IMG/VR virus record: IMGVR_UViG_3300025070_000019
Span: 32,642 to 96,641 of that record
DNA length: 64,000 nt
DNA from: a virus
Direction: 5' to 3' (one strand)
Part shown: in pieces, positions 49,454 to 60,700 of the stretch
Layout of the letters: the number at the start of each line of letters is the position of its first letter
Position numbering within the stretch: position 1 is the first letter of the stretch
Notes under the pieces: model-generated
The model's database searches: none
What the model was told of the DNA's origin: nothing
Seen by the model: the letters and a program-made list of their open reading frames with translations, nothing else
Made by a program: the position numbers and the translations under genes

Positions 49454-51952
49454 TTAATTCTCTACCATAAAGTTGATTTGATAAACATTGTTTGGATTAA
49501 TAGTAATAAAGTTTGCACCACCTAAACCAGCAGACTCTTCAGTGACATTATCTTTTATTCTAAATCCATTAGTTGATTTTAAGTATTCAGGAAAATCTAC
49601 TTTTATATTAATGAAATTACTAAAAATAGTTCTACCTGTTGCAGGGTCTGTACAGAATGCCCTTAACTTGATTAGCTTAGGATAAAAAACTTTATACCCA
49701 GCAATTAGATTATTAGAGTCAATTTCAGAACCTTTAGGTAACAGAATATCATCAAAATATATTCTGTTACCGATTATTCTTGAAGGTAATAGTTTTTGGT
49801 ATTCAGGGTTTTCAATAGTGTCATTATATTTATAAATGATTCTTTCTAATGCACCTTGTTCATTATTACGATAATCATTAGGATTCCATTTTATTTCATT
49901 ACGTTTAAATACAGTAATACCACTTACACTTAATGGTAAGCTTCCATTTAAATCTAAAAATGATTTAAGTGCACCAGTTAAAAATAAATACACTTTATTA
50001 TTTACTATTTTATAAATAATAACTTTACCTGAATCATCAAAAGATCTTAAGTTGTTTAAAGTAAATACTGTAGCAAAACCATAATTCCTTATAGTTCTAT
50101 CTTGTCCAGCACAAATGTTTTCTAGTATTTGTGCTGCTGAGCTTTCTTGATTTACATCATAAGCATAATACTCGTAAGGATCTTCAATGTTTTTATCTAC
50201 TGTCAATACGAGAAACTCATTTTCTATTTCTTGACTAGTAACATTTAAAAACAATCCATAACTTCCATAATATGGATCTGTTTTTAAAACTTGAAAAACA
50301 CTTATATCATTTACTGTTAATCCAACTGGAATATCTTGTAAATCAAAGTAAGAGTTATTACGAATATAATCTACATGTGTAAATTGAGATAAACCATTAT
50401 GTTCGTAAGGGTAACTATAACTTGTTTGAGCGACGCCTTCTAAGTTTGTTATTTTAGTAATTTGTAAAGCTTCACTTTCAAACAAACCTTCTTTAGCTGT
50501 AAAAGTTACTTTTATATCTTCTACTGGTGAATTAATATTGTTTAAAGCTCTAGCAAATAATAGTGCAGCATTACCTTGCATATATAATGGACCATATACA
50601 TTACCAGCTATTTGACTTAGGTCTGTTGATAATTGCAATTTGCTTACATGTTTTTCTATAGGAGATATTTGAAGTACGCCATTACTTTCTTCTTTAGTAT
50701 ATGGTTTTAAATTTATATTATAATAAGTTAAATCTTTTTCGTATACTTCATAATCTATTCTAGGTGTAACTGTGTAATTCACATAAATCTGTTCGCCTTC
50801 TTTTAAGTTTCTAGGACGAGAAATCAAAGCTATTTTAGATTTATGATTAATTGCAGCTGATATGTTTTCTTTTAAATAGAAAACATATTTACCTTTACTA
50901 TAATATTCAACTTCAACAGTACCGCCAATTAGTAAAACACCTTGTTCTGGATAATTATCTATTTTATTTAGAGTAAATAATTTCCTATTATCTACTCTAT
51001 CTACATAACATACATTACTTTCTTCTTCGTAATTGTTAAAGATAATCTTACCAGTATGACTTTCTAGAATATAATGAGTATCACCATCTCTACTGTTATA
51101 AAAGTTATCTACTTCAGTCCATTCAATCAAGCTACCATCAGGGTAGATAGTTTGTAATTTTAAATTTTTACATGGAAAATACTCTAGATAAGCAATTGAT
51201 CTTGAATATTTACCTATACCCAAATATTCATTAAAACATTCAATTGATTCTAAATCTGTTGATTCAACACCAACTTTAAAACTAAAGTCATTGCTACTAT
51301 ATATAAATAATTCATCATCTGTTTCACGAGATATAAAATATTCATAATCATCAAAATTACCTTTTTCGTTAACCTGTATAAAAGTACGAAAGGGTATGTT
51401 TATAAAGTTTCTATCTCTCTTAAAGATAGTCATAGTTAAAGAGGGTTCTAAGCAATCTTCTTTAACTTGTTGTACGTATAATCCATCTTCATTTAAAGAT
51501 GGATTATACAGCTCACTAGATGAGTAATTTGAGTAAAGTTTTTTAACATAATTATAAATACTGTAATTACCTGTTTTTATAACAGGTAACCATTTTTTTA
51601 CTTTTGTTTTGTATTGTATTTCGATGATACTATTTAGTTTTATACCATCTACAATAGAACCTTTCCAATCACTTTTTATTGTACCTTCCTGCAAATTGTA
51701 AGAGTATCCACCTAATGTATTTTCAATTCTATTTCTAATAGAATTTAAGTCTTGTGGAAAGCTTACATTCCAACGCCAAGATCCAGCTTCTGCAAATGTA
51801 CCAGTTAAAGGATAGTATTCTTTTTCTTCGTAAATATGATTTTGTATATCTATTTTTTGAGTAACGCAAAACTTATCAATAGATTCAGTATCAGTACCAC
51901 CTAAACCTCTTGTAACAATTTTGCTACCAAGATTTCTTAATATAATAGACAT
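49454..51952 (-). CDS. Baseplate/tail protein with an Ig-like (Big_1-type) segment
   Basis: HYILESHTGKIIF; PVEDIKVTF..TNLEGVA. Confidence 0.6.
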   Translation of the reverse strand: MSIILRNLGSKIVTRGLGGTDTESIDKFCVTQKIDIQNHIYEEKEYYPLTGTFAEAGSWRWNVSFPQDLNSIRNRIENTLGGYSYNLQEGTIKSDWKGSIVDGIKLNSIIEIQYKTKVKKWLPVIKTGNYSIYNYVKKLYSNYSSSELYNPSLNEDGLYVQQVKEDCLEPSLTMTIFKRDRNFINIPFRTFIQVNEKGNFDDYEYFISRETDDELFIYSSNDFSFKVGVESTDLESIECFNEYLGIGKYSRSIAYLEYFPCKNLKLQTIYPDGSLIEWTEVDNFYNSRDGDTHYILESHTGKIIFNNYEEESNVCYVDRVDNRKLFTLNKIDNYPEQGVLLIGGTVEVEYYSKGKYVFYLKENISAAINHKSKIALISRPRNLKEGEQIYVNYTVTPRIDYEVYEKDLTYYNINLKPYTKEESNGVLQISPIEKHVSKLQLSTDLSQIAGNVYGPLYMQGNAALLFARALNNINSPVEDIKVTFTAKEGLFESEALQITKITNLEGVAQTSYSYPYEHNGLSQFTHVDYIRNNSYFDLQDIPVGLTVNDISVFQVLKTDPYYGSYGLFLNVTSQEIENEFLVLTVDKNIEDPYEYYAYDVNQESSAAQILENICAGQDRTIRNYGFATVFTLNNLRSFDDSGKVIIYKIVNNKVYLFLTGALKSFLDLNGSLPLSVSGITVFKRNEIKWNPNDYRNNEQGALERIIYKYNDTIENPEYQKLLPSRIIGNRIYFDDILLPKGSEIDSNNLIAGYKVFYPKLIKLRAFCTDPATGRTIFSNFINIKVDFPEYLKSTNGFRIKDNVTEESAGLGGANFITINPNNVYQINFMVEN

Positions 51953-51961
51953 ACATTATCC

Positions 51962-52498
51962 TTATATGGTTTTTAATGAAACAACGCTTCTTTTAAAAGG
52001 ATTGTTAGAAGTTGGTTGTCCATTATTATCATATAAGTTAAAAGTAGCCAATATATCATTTGGATCATTAGGGTGACTAAACAATAATTGATTGTTTTCT
52101 ATTCGCCATTCACCTTGTTCTATGTCAATTAATCTTTGAACATGACCATCTAATCTATCTGCAATTATTTTTAATTGATCTGCTACACTTTTAATTTCTT
52201 TAGTTTTAACATCTAAAACGTCAACGCCTTCCATACGTAAGGTGATATGTGAACTACTAACATTACCAGTCCTTATCTTTATAAGATAAACTTGATGAGT
52301 GTAAGCTTCTATATCAAAAGAAAATGAATAAAAGCCTTCTCCTAAATTGTTTATTACTGGTGTTGTAAAACCAACACTACCTATCAATTCTTCTGATAAA
52401 CCAGTAGCTAAAACATGTTGAATAGATACAAATTCAGGAGTTAAGTTATTTAATGATTGATTAGCTTCCTCAACATAAAAAGTATATACATCACTCAT
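51962..52498 (-). CDS. Hypothetical virion protein
   Basis: 178 aa; C-terminal GEWRIENNQL..ATFNLYD. Confidence 0.6.
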   Translation of the reverse strand: MSDVYTFYVEEANQSLNNLTPEFVSIQHVLATGLSEELIGSVGFTTPVINNLGEGFYSFSFDIEAYTHQVYLIKIRTGNVSSSHITLRMEGVDVLDVKTKEIKSVADQLKIIADRLDGHVQRLIDIEQGEWRIENNQLLFSHPNDPNDILATFNLYDNNGQPTSNNPFKRSVVSLKTI

Positions 52499-52501
52499 TT
52501 C

Positions 52502-53368
52502 TTATTCTCCCCAATAGGTATTTTGTTTTTGTAATAAAGAATTTATTATCTTTGCGCCTTTTTGAGATAATACTTTATTCTTTTCAGAACTTTCAACTAC
52601 GTTACCATTAGTAATTGCACCATAGTTTTCATTATCTTTTTTTACATCGTATAAATAATCTTCCATGTTGTCACTATTAAATGCAGTAGCTTTTATTGGT
52701 AGCCATTTAACAGTAAACGGAAAGTCTTTGTAATCAAAGGTAACTGACTCAAGTTCGTCTGAATATTTGCGTAATACATTTTCTACTAAAGAAAATGTAA
52801 ATGGTGTATTTACGTTTTCACCAACGCCCATGTTAGTCAAAAAAAGACCATTGTAGTCTTGTAAATTTTCGATGTTACTTTTAGGTAAAAGATTTACAAA
52901 ATTATTTACATCAAAACTTTGATAGTTTCTTTTAGTAGTTTTTGGCATTAAATTTTTAGCATCAAAAAAACGGTAGTCAATATCAGTTAAATCTTTAATT
53001 GTAAAATACGTTGGATACAATTCAAAAACATCTCTAACTTTAAAAATAAATTTTAAATCACTTAGTTTTTCGTTATGAAAAACTTCATCGTTTAAATAAA
53101 AAATTAAACGGTTTTCTTTTATCTCTATATTTAAATCTAAGGTTTCATCTACTAAATCTATTTCAAATAAATCATAATCTGTTAATGAAGTAGAGCAACC
53201 AAAACTTTTTTCAAAAGCATACTTTTCAGTATCAGCAGTATTCTTTAAAAGCTTATAAATTCTTTCTCTAAAAGAATTTAATCTTTCGTCTTTTTGTCTA
53301 GCAATTCCGTATTTGAAACTTAGCTCATCTAAAGTAGTACTATTTCTTATTTTATTTGCTTTAATCAT
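52502..53368 (-). CDS. Baseplate wedge-type protein
   Basis: LDELSFKYGIARQKDERLNSFRERI motif; GAGGA RBS before ATG 53368. Confidence 0.6.
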   Translation of the reverse strand: MIKANKIRNSTTLDELSFKYGIARQKDERLNSFRERIYKLLKNTADTEKYAFEKSFGCSTSLTDYDLFEIDLVDETLDLNIEIKENRLIFYLNDEVFHNEKLSDLKFIFKVRDVFELYPTYFTIKDLTDIDYRFFDAKNLMPKTTKRNYQSFDVNNFVNLLPKSNIENLQDYNGLFLTNMGVGENVNTPFTFSLVENVLRKYSDELESVTFDYKDFPFTVKWLPIKATAFNSDNMEDYLYDVKKDNENYGAITNGNVVESSEKNKVLSQKGAKIINSLLQKQNTYWGE

Positions 53369-55214
53369 AACTAATTTCCTCTTCCTCACCATTCTCTAAT
53401 GATAATGTTAAGCTATCATACTCTTCTAATAAAGCAGCTATGTTATTTTCGTAATCATATATAAAATAATCTTTATGCTCTTTCATTTCACTAACTTGAC
53501 AAGTATTACTATACTCTCTTGTTATGTATAATGTATTTTCTACATTTTGATAAAATATACCAACTTCATAATTTTCTTCATCACTTAAATCAAGTGGTGA
53601 ATCTAATTCTAATATCGGTGTAACATATTCACACATAATTGAATAAGAATTTATAAATAACTCTCTTTGTAAATTGTCTTCTAAAAGGCTTTCTACTTTT
53701 TTCTTAAATTCTATTTCATTAATAATTCCATTTTGTAATTTAGTAATTAATGAAACATCTCTGTTGTTAGCAAAAGAAAATATATAAAAATCATATTGAC
53801 CGAATTCATTAAAGGTTACATCAAAAGCTATTGAAGAAAATAATTTAACATCACCATTTAATATATTATTTTCGAAAACATATAATTGATCGCTCCAAGT
53901 ACTTTTATCTTCTTGTAAGTACTCAAAATTAAATTCTTCATTACCATCTACAGATATTGGAGTTCTTCTAGCAATAAAAACTTTAGGTATTGTACCTTTA
54001 TTTCTTTCAATTTGGGCATGCATCTTAAGAGTTTCACCTAATGAAACTCTTTGTTTTTCTGATTCGATTACATAAGTAACTCTTTTAGTTCTTTCAAACT
54101 CTTTAGTTTGAAATGATATAGGTTCTAAATTATACCAACGTATTATATTATCTCTTGATGCAGTTACTATTAAATTTCGTTGATAATCGTAACAGTAGTC
54201 TTCTATTTTTACATGATTGTCAGCACTATCTAATAAACATTGCGAATACTTGACATAATCAAATTCATTACTATCTATTGTACTATATTCATTTTGATAA
54301 TCTGTTCTGTTTCTATAGAATCTATGTATATTATCTATAGATGAATAAGTACTGTTTTCACTATCTGTATTTTGTTTTAATTGTGTTACTAAAAAAGTTT
54401 CTCTTAATGAATTTCCAAATGAAATTGGGTCACTTTTCAATATACTAAAAAGATTTTTGTGTTCTTTACTACCTAGTTTAACTGGTAACTGCAGAACTTC
54501 TATTTTTGCATTAATTCCTGAAACTTCAATAGTTTCAGCTTTAACTACATTATACTTATCTTCTTTTTGTAATGGAGTTAATTTTCTATAAAAGTTTTTT
54601 GATTCGTAATAACCCTCATTATATACATTTATATATTCTTGTGAGGGTTCTCCATATATATCAATACCACTAATTAATATGCGGTTTTGTTGAGATTTAT
54701 TATCTTTTAATAAATCAAACTCAATGCTATCGTAAACATTGAAACATATCTTTTTAGGTATTTTAAAATCATAAACTTCTGAATGTTTATGATTTAAGTT
54801 ATTGTTATTAAATAAATGCAACAATCTACCAGATACATTTTCTGATGAATGTACTGATAATTCAGTAGGTAGTAGATTTGAAAGATCTGTATAGTTGTAT
54901 ACTTCTGTTAAAGGAATCTCTTCATCGTTCCTAGTTCCTGTAAATAGGATTGTATTTAGTTTTCTAACTTCATCTAAAAGCGTTGTAACTTTTTCACTTT
55001 CAAAAGCATTTATAATATATAGATTTGCTGGTTCACATACAGGTAAACCATGCAAAACTTCTTGTTGCATTTCCATCTTATAGTTAGAAATGCGAGCATC
55101 TTCTATATACTTGCCAATACTATCTAATAATATTGCAGAGTCAGAAGAAGAATCTTTTCTAACTTTAGACCAGTAAGGAAATCTATTTCTTATTGATTGG
55201 CCTACATTACTCAT
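53361..55214 (-). CDS. Putative baseplate protein
   Basis: Directly downstream of baseplate J; N-terminal FPYW..LLDSIG. Confidence 0.55.
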   Translation of the reverse strand: MSNVGQSIRNRFPYWSKVRKDSSSDSAILLDSIGKYIEDARISNYKMEMQQEVLHGLPVCEPANLYIINAFESEKVTTLLDEVRKLNTILFTGTRNDEEIPLTEVYNYTDLSNLLPTELSVHSSENVSGRLLHLFNNNNLNHKHSEVYDFKIPKKICFNVYDSIEFDLLKDNKSQQNRILISGIDIYGEPSQEYINVYNEGYYESKNFYRKLTPLQKEDKYNVVKAETIEVSGINAKIEVLQLPVKLGSKEHKNLFSILKSDPISFGNSLRETFLVTQLKQNTDSENSTYSSIDNIHRFYRNRTDYQNEYSTIDSNEFDYVKYSQCLLDSADNHVKIEDYCYDYQRNLIVTASRDNIIRWYNLEPISFQTKEFERTKRVTYVIESEKQRVSLGETLKMHAQIERNKGTIPKVFIARRTPISVDGNEEFNFEYLQEDKSTWSDQLYVFENNILNGDVKLFSSIAFDVTFNEFGQYDFYIFSFANNRDVSLITKLQNGIINEIEFKKKVESLLEDNLQRELFINSYSIMCEYVTPILELDSPLDLSDEENYEVGIFYQNVENTLYITREYSNTCQVSEMKEHKDYFIYDYENNIAALLEEYDSLTLSLENGEEEEISYD

Positions 55215-56461
55215 TATCTAAGATCCTCTTCTATAATAACATCTATTTTACCAAAGTTAATTCTTTCATCTTCTTTAATAATATAAAAGCTATTCATTAA
55301 TTCTTGTCGCTCTTCAGGATATTCGTTATATCTATCTGTTTTTCGTATATATAGTTTTTCAAATATGTTTCTATTATTAGATTGATTGCCAAATCCAACA
55401 ACATCTCCATTGTTAAAACTGTTTTTAAGGTATGTAGATATGGTTTCAAAATCTATCACTTTGCTGTTTTCTAACTGTTTTATCAAAGAGTATAAATCTT
55501 GTTTTACATTCTTCCTTATACGTTCTTTTACTAACTCACTAACACCTGTTCGGACATATACTCTTAATTGAAACTCAAATATAACTTTTATACCTTGATT
55601 AACAATCAATTTTCTCCCTGGCAATCTTAGTTCATTTATTCTAGATTGAACCATATTATTTATATTTACGTTAGTTTCTTTACCTGTATTAAACAGTATG
55701 ACACCAACAGTACCTATACCATTATAAGAAGGTATAACTCTTATATCTACAACTCCAGGCACTAACAAAGATCTTAATGTAATTGCATCTACATTAAGAT
55801 TAATTTGAGATGTTAAAAAGTTTGTTAATCTAAATTTAAAATCTTCATCCGTTTCTAAATCTCTACCATTTAAGATAGGGTATACATTAGATACATTTAA
55901 TCCGCCAAAGTTTACCATAGAGTAATCTGTAAAATTATGATGTACAAGACTATTAGAATCTACATTGTAGTTAAAACCTGTATTGACAGCTATTGCGGAA
56001 AAAAAAGCTTGTCTTGAATCAGCTTCAAGTATTACATTAGCAACAGTTCTATAAACTATAGGTGAATTATCTATATCACGTTCTGTAGATATTAAGGTTC
56101 CCACTGGTATAACTATGTCGTTATTGCCATTCAAACTTCCAAATGTACCTTCATCAGGATAAAAGTAGAAGTTTCTTTCATTAGCATTAGATTCTGCAAA
56201 TGAATCAGGTATTCTAGTTAAACCGTACATTTCAAAAGCAATTTTATCTAGATTACTTCCTGTAGCATTTGAAGGTTGAGAATTGTTAAAGTAATTCTCA
56301 ACTTGTCTACGTACAAAAATAAGTTCATCTGCAACGCTTTCAGCAAACATATTTACTGTTGAATCAATAGCGTTGTAACTTAAATTTAAGTTATTTGAGA
56401 TCTCATTTTCTATAGATCTTTTAACTTGTGTTTCACTTATATTAGGAATTAATCTAGCCAT
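55214..56461 (-). CDS. Baseplate J/gp47-like wedge protein
   Basis: ATGSNLDKIA..GLTR, IPVGT, GRDLETDEDFKFR, VPGV..GTV. Confidence 0.85.
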   Translation of the reverse strand: MARLIPNISETQVKRSIENEISNNLNLSYNAIDSTVNMFAESVADELIFVRRQVENYFNNSQPSNATGSNLDKIAFEMYGLTRIPDSFAESNANERNFYFYPDEGTFGSLNGNNDIVIPVGTLISTERDIDNSPIVYRTVANVILEADSRQAFFSAIAVNTGFNYNVDSNSLVHHNFTDYSMVNFGGLNVSNVYPILNGRDLETDEDFKFRLTNFLTSQINLNVDAITLRSLLVPGVVDIRVIPSYNGIGTVGVILFNTGKETNVNINNMVQSRINELRLPGRKLIVNQGIKVIFEFQLRVYVRTGVSELVKERIRKNVKQDLYSLIKQLENSKVIDFETISTYLKNSFNNGDVVGFGNQSNNRNIFEKLYIRKTDRYNEYPEERQELMNSFYIIKEDERINFGKIDVIIEEDLR

Positions 56462-56470
56462 TGTATTACC

Positions 56471-56905
56471 TTAAAAATTTTGTACTGTTAAATTGTTATC
56501 TAGATTATATGAAAAACCATATGCGAAAATCTCGTCTCTATTAATTCTATTGTTATATACATTTATTGTAACTATAGCATTTACATTGTTTTGCATAACT
56601 ACAGAAATAGAAAGATTTTCACTTTCTAAAAAACCATCTATAGTTAATGTCTCTATAATTCTAGACTGGATTCTATTAACAAGACTGTTATCTATTTTAC
56701 TACCTAATTCATCGTTTAGATTAGCACAAAGAATTTTTTCTATTTCAAAGTCATTTGCATTTGTTTGAATTCTTCTAGTAATAGTTTGCTCTAACAATTC
56801 GTTATCTTCATAAGTTGCATTTCTAACTTTATCTGTTTTTTTAGAAACAATAATATCAAAATCTTCTGTCAAGAAGATATCTTTGCTATCATAATTAATA
56901 ATCAT
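56471..56905 (-). CDS. gp25/GpW-like sheath initiator
   Basis: Position immediately upstream of baseplate J; LEQTITRRIQT..RIIETL. Confidence 0.6.
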   Translation of the reverse strand: MIINYDSKDIFLTEDFDIIVSKKTDKVRNATYEDNELLEQTITRRIQTNANDFEIEKILCANLNDELGSKIDNSLVNRIQSRIIETLTIDGFLESENLSISVVMQNNVNAIVTINVYNNRINRDEIFAYGFSYNLDNNLTVQNF

Positions 56906-57243
56906 GCCATCCCCTGTAAAATAGCAATAGCTCCAGAAGCTATTGCTATTTGAGTCATTGATCCAAGTATAGGTAAATCAAAATACTTTCTTGGAGTTGG
57001 ATTAAGCAAACCTGGTAAATAATCAAACGGTATATTACTATTACTATGCATCGGTCCTTTAATATTATTAGTGTTAATATATAAAGGATTTCCAGGACCA
57101 GGCTGTATATTTATACCTGATGGTAGAATTTCTATAGCTGATAAGCCATTATATCCACCATATAAAGCAGTAAAGTTCATATCTAACTTTAAACCTGCAA
57201 CACACTTTTTGTTAAATTGAGCTTTTAATACTTTACTTGACAT
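56902..57243 (-). CDS. Small baseplate-region protein
   Basis: GGAGG RBS before ATG 57243. Confidence 0.55.
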   Translation of the reverse strand: MSSKVLKAQFNKKCVAGLKLDMNFTALYGGYNGLSAIEILPSGINIQPGPGNPLYINTNNIKGPMHSNSNIPFDYLPGLLNPTPRKYFDLPILGSMTQIAIASGAIAILQGMA

Positions 57244-57742
57244 GTGGATTCCTCCAACTTTCTCCAGTGCCTTCTTGTTCGTTATATAAATATGCATTAT
57301 CTTGAGAGGTTTGATCTATATTCAAACCTCCTAGAGACGCACCGCTAATATAAGTATCAGTTTTTTCATCTTGATAAAATGATTCATCTACTTTTTTAAA
57401 AGTAAATTTAGCATATTGAATTTCATCTTGTGAAAAAGATTTTGAAAATACTAATAATTCTCTACCTATTATATTTTCATCTAAACCATAAATCATTCTT
57501 AATTCATCATAACTATTAGGCCACATAACATGGTAGAATTCATAATCTTGTTTACAGAAAATAATAAAATGAATTCCTGACTCAAATGTTTTATCTATAA
57601 ACTTAGTAGTAGGTTTATAATTTGCACATATATCTACAATGTAACAATCTAAACTTAAGTATCTTGTTTCATTTAAATTAAACTGAAAGCTATTTAAACT
57701 GTTGTTATATGAAAATAAACTTCTTCTACCTGATGTTTCCAT
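57233..57742 (-). CDS. Baseplate-region hypothetical protein
   Basis: AAGGA RBS; lies between hub and gp25-like genes. Confidence 0.55.
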   Translation of the reverse strand: METSGRRSLFSYNNSLNSFQFNLNETRYLSLDCYIVDICANYKPTTKFIDKTFESGIHFIIFCKQDYEFYHVMWPNSYDELRMIYGLDENIIGRELLVFSKSFSQDEIQYAKFTFKKVDESFYQDEKTDTYISGASLGGLNIDQTSQDNAYLYNEQEGTGESWRNPHVK

Positions 57743-57753
57743 AATTGTTTCCT

Positions 57754-60700
57754 TTACTTGTCACTTAAATACCAACCAGTTATTCTTCTTCTAGTTTCAT
57801 CTCCAAAAATAGCAGCAGTTAAATCACTACTTAATATCTCTGTTGCGAAACTCCAATCATCATCTGTTTCTGATATTTCTAAAACTCTTCTACCTATTTC
57901 ATCATATTCTTTTTCACGACTAACTCGTGCACTTACAGCATTAGACATACTGTTATAAATGTTTCCATAAACATTTTCCCATATATCTTTATCTGATATC
58001 TCTTCAAAACCACCTGCTAGTAAAGGCATACCATCTCTAACTAAAGGGTATAGTTGTACGTTGTTACCACCCTTCATAGAAGAAAATATTGCTTTCTTAA
58101 AGTAGTTTTTACCTAGATTGCCACTTTTGTAAGAATCATCAAGTTTATCAAGACCAAAATCTGTTAACATTCCTACAGTAAATGAACCCAATGCAAATAA
58201 GAATGCGCCCTTTCCTTTACCTAAACTAGATACCATTCCTTTGCTTAAGAATTTATTATAACGTGCTTCAGTAAACATACTACTTCCCATAGCACCAGCT
58301 CCTATTATAAATGAACTAGTTTTAATTAGTTGAGATGCGGTATCTCTAGAGATACCTCCGCTAGTTAATGCTGCAATTGCATCTGCATTTTCAGGAGTTA
58401 CATCAGTAACAAAATTAGGTAGATTGTTTTGTTTTCTATAATTTATTTCATCAAAAACACTATTCGTAATAATGTCTGTCAAATTATCTTCAACATCTAG
58501 TTTAATCGCAGAGTCTCTATTTGTTTTTTCAATTGTATCTTCTACAACAGATCTAATTGTATCTTTTATATCACTATCTGAATCTTGAAAGCTTCGATAA
58601 GAAGAGAACTTTTCAAAGAGTTCTCTTCTAGCTTCATATTCAATCATTGCATTATAAGTTGGATAAGTTAGTGATTCGTTTCCTGTAACTAATGCACTTA
58701 TTCCTATTTCACTTATAAAGCCTGTTTGGAAGTCAAAAGAATGTATCGTATAATCTACTTCTAATGGTCCATGCATGTTAGTAATATTATCTTTAAGAAT
58801 AATAACATCATTAGTGTTTATTTTAGTATTACCTAATATTAATAAAGACCCTTGATAAAGTTTCTTACTTCTTTCTAATAAAGCACCCATGCCCCATCTA
58901 AAAGCATTTGCAATACCTTTAATGTTGCCATTTGGATCATTTAAAACAACTTCTTTTCTATTATGTTCGCTTACCTTATATAAAGAAGAAACTTCAATAG
59001 TATTTAAATCAGAACCTTCTCCATCTCTTGAAGTATACATTTGATAATGCACTTTAATACTGTTGATCAAATCATGTCCTGATACAACAATATCATTTGA
59101 GATGATATTGTTTTCTGCAGTTATATAATGATATTGACGATACGGAGTAAACCTATCTTTTGTTTTACGAAGATATTCGTCAATTGCTAATGTACTAAAC
59201 AAATATCGTTTATTTTCAGTTTGGTTCTTATTATAAATAGGAAACAAAATATTTAAGGTTGTTTCGTTTATTAAACCTTCAGAACTATTTAATATGCCTT
59301 CTTCTATTTTATTTAGTCTATCAATAACATTATTGGTTACTTGTTTACTAAAATAACGTTGATTAGGTAACCCAAAAAACATTCTGTATTCCATTGAATT
59401 ACCATATGGTCTAATACCAAAGACATATCCAGGATGTCTATAAGACATATCTTTAAATATTTTCCATACAGTTTGACCATTTATTTTATATAAGTTTTCG
59501 TTTTTATTAATGTCTAATCTTTTTTCACTTAAGAAAAAAGAAGACTCATATATTTCTTTTCTAACATCCTCACTACTTATATTAAAATAATTCAAAATAG
59601 TAGCATCGTAAAATTGATATAAAAAGTTTAAAACAGGTGGATAACTACTATCATGCATATATAGCTTAGGGTCAGGTGAAAAAATATTATCATCTTGAGG
59701 TGATAATAACAATTTTTGAGTAAGCTTAAATCTGTCTTTTTGTTGTGTTTCAAATGCATCAAATATAAAGTTTTTAGCTGCTACTAAACTATCTATAAAC
59801 CCTCCATAATAAGCTGCTGCACCAACTAAAGGAATTGCATATGCATACTGACCAATAAATGCTCTCGTTAAACCACCGCCAGTAAAAACATTCCATCCAT
59901 AACCTACTCTAGATAAAATTCCTTGATTAATAAAACCTAATTTTGAAGCATTTTCATAACCTAATTCTCTTACTATTAATTTTTCAGCTTTATTTAAAAA
60001 ACTATTAGTAACTGGAGAACTAGATATGATTCTGTTTCCATAACCATATTTATTTATAATTCGGCCTAAAATACTACTACGTTTTAATTCATTAGCTACA
60101 TTTTGGATTAGAGTTTTATTTTCCAAACCTATATTCATTACATTACTATAAGGACTTATATTTGACATTTGTCTAAATTGAATTAAATTTTTTATTGCAG
60201 TATTAGTAGTTTTACCTCCACTCCAGCCTATCTTATATCCTAATTGCCCTGTCTTCACTCCAACATAACTAATAGCTTTTACAGCTGTATTGTCATAAAC
60301 ACTCTTACCAAATGTTGCAACACTTTGTCCTAATCTAGAAGCAGGACCTTTTAATGCTTGAGGTATATATTTATTAAAAAGCTTTTTACTTACAGCTCCA
60401 CCAAATTTGCCTAAAGGTATTGCACCTAACAAAAAGAATAAATATACACTATTATCTGACAACACATCTGTGAATGTTCTAGTGTATTTTAAATCAAAAT
60501 AACTACTATTGCTGTAATCTTCTAAGTCTAGTGAAGGTTCCATAGCTTCTGATGTTTGAAATTTACGACCAACTTTTCTTCTACCAAAGTGTTTTAGCTC
60601 TGGTGACATTATTGCATGAGAAAGTAAATGATGTGTTGTTAAGAAATGGTTGTTGTTGTCACTAAATGCATTTGCACCTTTTACTTTTGTATCTAATTCT